Source: Selaginella moellendorffii (Eukaryota; Plantae; Lycopodiophyta). Taken from it: a stretch of DNA of 64,000 nucleotides. Shown here piece by piece: positions 61,250 through 64,000 of this stretch. The notes below the pieces were generated by a model. That model searched no databases. It was not told the DNA's origin and worked only from the letters and a program-made list of their open reading frames with translations. The number at the start of each line of letters is the position of its first letter. Position 1 is the stretch's first letter. The stretch lies in NCBI RefSeq assembly GCF_000143415.4, contig NW_003314367.1, positions 416,230 to 480,229 of the forward strand. The letters run 5' to 3'. The position numbers were made by a program, and so were the translations under genes.

Positions 61250-64000
61250 GTCTTTATTCTATTCCATAGCAACCAAACCCGATTAGCTGTTTACCAATGC
61301 ACCCAACACTCATATGCACTAACATATCGTGGGAAAGTTATCACTCTTCTTTGTATATAAAGGCATCAAGGTATTCTACTGTTCATTTGACGGAAAGATC
61401 ACTCGCACAAAGATGAGATCACCCACATTATATTCCCAGAATTGGCGATGCTCATTAGCAAACTTCTCCGCTCTATCCTGAGCTACCTACAAATTCTGTT
61501 TGCATACTATCAAAATCTCATCAAGTTTTGTGGCCAGATCAATCACCTCAGAATCAAATTTATCTTGAATGTCCTTATTCAAATGCAATCCTAACTCCAC
61601 CACTGTTTGAGGATGCCTTACAAACATGGCAAAATAAAGACTTAGATTGGTTCCAATATGTTGGCTATTATTGTTAGTAAATTGGACTAACGGAAGATAT
61701 AGATCCCATTGTCTTTGCCTTTGACCAATGCTACAATGTAGCATATCGTCCACCACCTTATTTACACACTCGATTTGCCCATCCGTCTAAAGATGATCTC
61801 CATTTGAGAGTTTCAAAGTCACTTACATAGCCTTCGCAAAGCTCTTCTAAAATCCACTTGTGAACTTTGAATTTCAATCACTAATGATGCCCTTTGGCAA
61901 ACCAAAATCAGGAAAAACCTTCTCCAAGTAGACTGTAGCCAAGTCTGGGGTAGTGACAGTCTTCCGAAGAACCAACAATCGCACATACTTCGTCAATCGA
62001 TCCACTATAACCTATACTTGCTCCTTTTAGCTTTGTGTGTATGGCAAACAAGTGATGAAATCCATAAAGATACTATATCAATGGCTCTGAGGAATAGGTA
62101 AAAGTTGCAAAAGTCCTTCCGGCTTCTCCCATGGCACTTTAACCCGCTGACAGAGCTTGCATGATTTATAATATTCGAGGATATCAACCTTCATATTCCT
62201 CTAATAAAAATTACACTTAATCAACTCATATATTTTCTTCCCCTCAAAATGACCAGCCTTCAGACGATCATGATAGTGGAATAAAACTTGAGTAATTAAC
62301 GCATCCACCTGTGGCAAATATACATGGTTATTGTAATAGAAAATCCCATTCACCGATGAGAAAGGCTTCCATCTGGTCATACAAAGAGCCACCTCAACAT
62401 CCTAAGCTTGAGCATGCTCAACCAACTGCCCAAACTTGTTGAGCACCTTACTCAAATGATGACAAAACCGTGTATGTAATGTCGTCACATGACAAACACG
62501 AGATAAAGCATCCGCCACCACATTCGATTTTCCCGGATGATGCTCAATAGGAAACCCCCCAAACTCCATAAGTTTGACCATCCAATGAGCATGCCTAGTG
62601 TTCAACTCCTTCTGTGTAAAAAGATACATAAGTGGTTTATGATGTGTCAACACCACGAATATTGCACCATAAAGATAGTGCCGCTACATCTACAAAGCAT
62701 GAACAATAGAGAGTAACTTTTGCTCATATGTGGAATAGCATTGCTCCATGGGATTTAAAGTTAGGTTTTGATGAATCAGCAATGCGAAGCATTGGAGCCT
62801 TGCTTAACAATCGTTTCAGTGCCACAAAACTTTCCTCTTGTGGCGTTTTCCACTCGAATAGTACGTTCTTGCGCAACAACTGTGTTAAAGAAATAGCCAT
62901 CTCTGCAAACTTATGCTGAAAACATATGTAATAACTAGCCATACCAAGAAAACTACGTAACTTAGCCACGGATGTTGGTGTAGGCCAGTTCTCCACCACA
63001 GCCACCTTTTTGGGATCTGTCTTGACACCCTTAGATGTCACAATATGGCCTACATATTTCACCTCTGACTTTGCAAACTCACATTTGCTCTTCTTCACAT
63101 AAAGTTTGTTGTCACAGAGTAACAAAAGAACCTTATGCAAATGCACTCTATGCTCCCCCATATTTTTGTTGAAAACAAGAATATCATCCAAGAAAATCTC
63201 CACAAACTCATGAAGATAACATCCAAATACCTCTGTCATCAATTAAGGAAATGTGGCTGGTGCATTCGTTAAACCAAATACTATAACTATAAACTCAAAA
63301 TGCTTGAAGCTTGTGTTGAATGTTGATAGATGCATCATCTATTGCAATTTAATGATATCCACTCCTCAGATCAATCTTGGTAAACACTCTTGCTTCACCA
63401 AATTTGTCTAAGATATCATTCACATGTGGCATTGGCATTTTATCCTTCACTGTCTTCTTGTTCAATACACATCCGCATTAAACCATCCTTCTTTTTCATA
63501 AGCAAAACCAGAGCACCAAACAGAGATTTACTTGGTTGAATAAATCCAAGCTCAAGTAACTCCTTGACTTGTTGTTGAACTTCTTGTTCCTTTGCATAAC
63601 TTAACTGAAATGGATGCCGGTAAACTGGCCGCATCCCTGGCTCCAATGTAATCCCTTGCTCCACATCTCGTAATAGGGGCAACCCATGAGGAAGTTCAGA
63701 TGGAAAAACATTAGAAAACTCATCGAGTACATCCCATATTGTTGCTTCTCCCCCACATATGCCTTGGTCCCCCAAGTCATGAACAAACAACAAATAACTT
63801 GAAAGTGCTTTTCCATTACGACAAGCCCACTTCAAAGATGTAGCAGAGAGCATAACAACTAAAGGTTGAACTCCCTCTCCAAAGCACACATTTTTAACAC
63901 CACTGTACTTCAATTAAACACGCTTAATACTCCACTTTATCTTTAGATCCACCTTCACCAACCATGGCATCGCAAGAATAAAACCCACGTGATAGATATC
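61250..64000 (-). mobile_element. Degenerate Ty3/gypsy pol (RT, RNase H, integrase)
   Basis: PSKSLFGALVLL.KKKDG.MRMCI, FLDDILV, KKSKCEF, LRSFLG, GKSNVVADALSR, YHD...AGH, WDLYLPLVQF; many stops and frameshifts. Confidence 0.9.

Overview
Compact plant nuclear DNA. Introns of about 50-80 nt, very short intergenic gaps and the gene content suggest a lycophyte such as Selaginella; this is an inference, not verified. The window has three blocks. (1) About 1-14.8 kb is a nest of degenerate, apparently non-coding LTR retroelements with three modular LTR types and an internal GACTCG/CCATCTCGG minisatellite. (2) About 15-50 kb is a dense gene island: cytosolic LeuRS, an FG-poor NUP98-like gene, plastid PETs (S1 domains plus EF-Ts), MinD, a stand-alone BRCA1/BARD1-type ePHD finger, CYP71, a MYC2-type bHLH, a small coiled-coil gene, a CTD small phosphatase, a POK-like kinesin-12 and a BT1-like carrier. 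(3) About 50-64 kb is a second TE nest: a complete 5S-containing Cassandra-like TRIM, a LINE remnant, a chromovirus, a copia fragment, head-to-tail Helitrons and a gypsy pol. The main findings are the Cassandra-like TRIM sharing PBS- and PPT-proximal sequence with a larger element in the same window, a duplicated and reciprocally pruned LeuRS/NUP98 bidirectional promoter, the solo ePHD gene 81 bp from CYP71 with a possible in-frame splice fusion, non-canonical LeuRS catalytic motifs, and a Helitron CTAG|TC junction. All alignments were done by eye and exon coordinates are approximate.
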